Origin: Piromyces finnis finn | Lineage: Eukaryota > Fungi > Neocallimastigomycota | NCBI GenBank assembly: GCA_002104945.1 | Contig: MCFH01000001.1 | Span: 744,001 to 808,000 of the forward strand | Direction: 5' to 3' | Length of the DNA: 64,000 nt | Shown here: piece after piece, positions 60,176 through 64,000 of the stretch | Layout: the number at the start of each line of letters is the position of its first letter | Numbering within the stretch: the first letter of the stretch is position 1 | The notes under the pieces: model-generated | Told to the model about the DNA's origin: nothing | Seen by the model: only the letters and a program-made list of their open reading frames with translations | The model's database searches: none | Made by a program: the position numbers and the translations under genes

Positions 60176-61466
60176 TTTTATTTTTTTCTTGTGGTTATTG
60201 TTATATTTAACTTTGTTATCTATTTATTCTCTAAAAGTACTTTTGTAATTTAATAGTTTTTTTTTTTTCCACTATTTTTTATTTTTTATTTTTTTTAAAA
60301 AAAAAAGACAATAATTTTTTTTTTATTTATTATTGTTTTTACTATATTAAATTTCAATTGCACAAAAAATAAACATTTTTAAATCTATTGTAAAACAATA
60401 TCTTTTTAATTAAAATTATCTATATTTTTAATAATAGGAAAACAATATATTTAAAGTTTAAATAATAAAAAAAATATAAAATATTCATATGTTTTTTTTT
60501 TAAAAAAATTTTGTGGATAACAAAAAAAGATCCTCCAAGACTTACTAACTAAAAACTACAACCTCTTTTATTAATATTTGAAATAAAATTATGAAAATGA
60601 TAATCATCTGTTATTATGCTATAAATCTTTTTAATTCTTTATACCCGTGGGAACAAAAAGCTTAGGCTAATAATCAAATAAAAATTCTTTTTTTTTTTTG
60701 GCTTAAAAAATAATCCATGTGGTAATACAAATTTTCAAAAATATATACAATATTTAAAAAAAAAAAAAAAAAATCTTTTTCCTTTTCTTTTCATTAAATT
60801 CTTTAAAATTAAGAATACTTTTTTTTTTTTTCTTTTCCATTTGCTTTTTATACTTTAAATATTACTCATTTATTTAGAAAATAAAACTATCCTTGTAAAA
60901 CAATGATAATATTACTATTTTATTTTTTTATCTTTAACTATTAAGAACCATATATTTGTAAGATGTATTATTTAAATAAATAATATTATAACTATATATA
61001 AAAACCTTTATTTTTTTTATTTTTTTTTTTTTTAAATAATAAAAATAATAAAAATAATAAAAATATAAAATACGTTAATTGGCTTTTTTTTTTTTTTTCT
61101 TATCACCATCTATTATTATTATTATTATTATTTTTTTTTTACATCCAGTGGGCTTTTTTTTCTTATTAAACAAGTCAAGGCTCAAGCTCACATATAATAA
61201 CCAAGTTAAATTTCACACAGTAGCTATTCTAAACATAATTTTAAGACCAGTATTTATATTTGTAGCAGTCAATTATATTCAAACAATAAAATTTAAAAAT
61301 AAACACTTTCAGTTTCTTTATAACTCAAGATTTTAAGGAAATTCAAGCATTAAACGAAACGTCCGCCTATTTTTTTAATAACTATTTCTTAGGCAGCTTC
61401 CTATGATTATTTTAAAGAATAATAAATTTTAATTATAAAATAACATATATATATTTAAAATTAAAA

Positions 61467-61498
<32 letters not shown>

Positions 61499-62115
61499 CA
61501 TTTTCATATTCTCTATCGGTTTCTTTAAATAGTATTAATTTTTTTCTAATTTTTCATTGTCTTTCTTTTTTTTTTTTATATATATAAATTAACGTAATTT
61601 ATTTATAATTGTAATCAAAGAAATAAAAAATTATAAAAAAAATACATATATATTATGATAATTTTAAATTTCCTTATTTTCTTTTATCGTAAAAGAAGTG
61701 GAGGAGTACAACTTTTAAATTAAATAATATATAACTGTATTAAAATATTGTGATGTTTTTTTCTTTAAATAATAAAAATATGAATATGTTAAATATAAAT
61801 GAAATATTGGTAAAAATAAATCGTATTTATATTTATTTCTAATTTAATCAATAAATGAAATAATTATATATATATTGTTTTGATAATCAAAGTATAGATT
61901 ATTTTAATTAATATAATGATTATTGTTATTATAATTCTCAAAGATTGCTTTTACTTATAATATCCATGTATGATTTTTCATTTAATTTCCTTCATTTGGT
62001 GATTCACTATAAATCATTAATTTTTATAATTAAAAACACATTAAAAATTAATATAACTATTTTTTAAAAAAAAAAAATTAAATGTATTTAACTATATCTT
62101 ATTTTCTTTTAATGC

Positions 62116-63787
62116 TTACGATGGACTTTTTGGTTCATCATTCTTTTCTTTTTCTTCATTTTCAATGTCATTTTTAACATCAGTCATTTCTTGATCCTTA
62201 GTTTCAACATCTGTAGTAGCCTTTGGTTGATCTTCTTCCATTGGCTTTTCACCATTTTCACTTCTGGCTGGTGAGTTTGATTTAACAGATGGAGATCTAG
62301 AATTAGATCTTGAACGAGAGCGAGAACGGGTTCTAGAACGAGATCTAGAACGAGATCTAGAGTGAGAACGAGAGCGTGAGCGATTGTATGATGGAGATGC
62401 TGGGGATCTTGAGCGAGATCTAGAGCGAGATGAAGATTCGGATCTAGATCTGCTTCTTGATCTAGAGCGTGGTGATTGAGAGCGAGAATATGATCTACCT
62501 CTGGAATCAGAGCGAGATCTACGGCTTCTAGAGCGACGTAAGGAACGACTTCTAGATCTTCTTCTGCTTCTACGATCACGAGAGTAGGATCTAGAATCAC
62601 TTCTTGATCTAGAACTACTCTTGGATCTGGATCTAGATCTGGATCTAGATCTGGATCTGGATCTTGAACGAGATCTACTTGAGTAACTTCTTGATCTAGA
62701 TCTACGTGAACTTTTTATTTTAATAAAAAAATCAATATTTAATTTCACTTTCACATTTATATTTATCTATTTTTTATAATATTATATATAAAAATTGCTT
62801 ACTATCTTCTTCTTGGAGAATAACTTCTACTTCTTGATCTTCTTCTTTCGTGACAATCACGTGCCCAATGTCCTTTTTATTAATAACATAAAATAATTAT
62901 ATCATTAGTATTCATTTATTATTTGAAATCAATAATCTTTCTATTTAAAAGAATTATTTTATTAATTCTTTTTAAATATTATGTTATTATATTATATATT
63001 TTTTAAAATGATGTTTCTTTTTGTATTAAATTTCATATATTACCTTCTCTACCACAACGGTAACATTCATTATTATTGGTTCTTCTTGAATTACCCTTAG
63101 CCCATTCTAATAAAACATTATGAGTTTACATTGAAAATAATTTAATATGCCTCGTTATTACAAAATGTAGCAATTCATTTCATATTTTTCGAATACTTTA
63201 ATTTTATTTTTTAATTATTCTCATTAATTTATCAAAATAATACTTGCCTACAACCATTTTACTACCCTTAAGTTTAACTTTACCATTAACTTCTCTAATG
63301 GCATCTTCAGCATCTCTATTAAATTATAATTATTATTATATATTAATTGTTGTGGAAAAATGAAAATTAAAAATAATTATTTATTTTTTTACCTTTTATC
63401 TTCAAATTCAACAAAACCATAATTGACTTTTTATTAAAATTTAAATTATAGAGTTTTATAAAATTTAATAATTGAAATTTTTATATTACTTTACTAAATT
63501 ATTAATTATTGTAATTATCTTTACTTACAACTACGACCGTGCTGTTTTTACGTTTTATTGATGTATTGTTATATGTGAAATTTTAAAATTATCATACAAG
63601 TTTTCATGATCAAAATTATTATATATGTTTTTAATATCAAAGAAAATGATAAATGAAATTAGAATCGAATTTTTGTGAATTATATATACTAATTTTTGTC
63701 CCCCTTAAATTTTATTAAAACTTATTTTTTATATAATATTAACCTTTATATCACATCTTTGAATTTTTCCATATTTGTAAAACACAT
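62116..63787 (-). CDS. SR splicing factor, RRM + CCHC zinc knuckle + RS domain (SRSF7/9G8-, RSZ-like); 5' end lies beyond the window
   Basis: Spliced: DVFYKYGKIQRCDIK|HGRS|FNYGFVEFEDKR|DAEDAIREVNG...MVV|EWAKG...ECYRCGREG|HWARDC...RS repeats. No start exon was found before position 64000. Confidence 0.9.
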
Positions 63788-64000
63788 CTTTTTTTTTATT
63801 TTATTTTATAATTGTAGATTTTAATAAAATTGTTTATTATATATATGAATTTAAATTAGCAATTTAAATGAATTTTAATATATACATATATATATATAGA
63901 TAGATATTAATAATATAAAAATAATTATTAGTTATATATATAAATTGAATGTTAAAAGAGAGTTAATCAAAAATTTAAATTTTATATATAATTAATTTTA

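Noticed and set aside
62184-62600. 138-aa DL-rich alternative-frame ORF
   Set aside because: A shifted reading of AGA-TCT RS codons, which is stop-poor by construction.

Overview
Extremely AT-rich (by eye about 80% or more), intron-dense eukaryotic genomic DNA with short GT-AG introns, poly-A/T tracts and microsatellites. The composition, gene style and long ankyrin gene point to an anaerobic gut fungus (Neocallimastigomycota); this is an inference, not a database match. Manual splicing gives about 17 protein-coding genes, in order: cNMP-binding domain fused to a bacterial-type PNP/AMP-nucleosidase-fold domain (DUF6909-like), VanZ-like membrane protein, intronless ankyrin protein, membrane DnaJ, CUL2-like cullin, IES2/INO80B, RGS protein, unknown polytopic membrane protein, alpha/beta hydrolase, PEX7, tail-anchored ACBP (ACBD5/Atg37 architecture), mitochondrial carrier, coiled-coil protein, coiled-coil protein with a C1q/TNF-like C-terminus, NAP1-family chaperone, and an SR protein (RRM-Zn knuckle-RS) truncated by the window end. 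No rRNA, tRNA, CRISPR array or intact transposon was recognised. The most notable item is the cNMP-nucleosidase-fold fusion (228-4297), a candidate cyclic-nucleotide-gated nucleotide-cleaving enzyme. Next are the divergent PEX7/ACBD5-like pair in a probable anaerobe and the CUL2-type cullin. All family assignments come from motif recall, and all splice models were made by hand.
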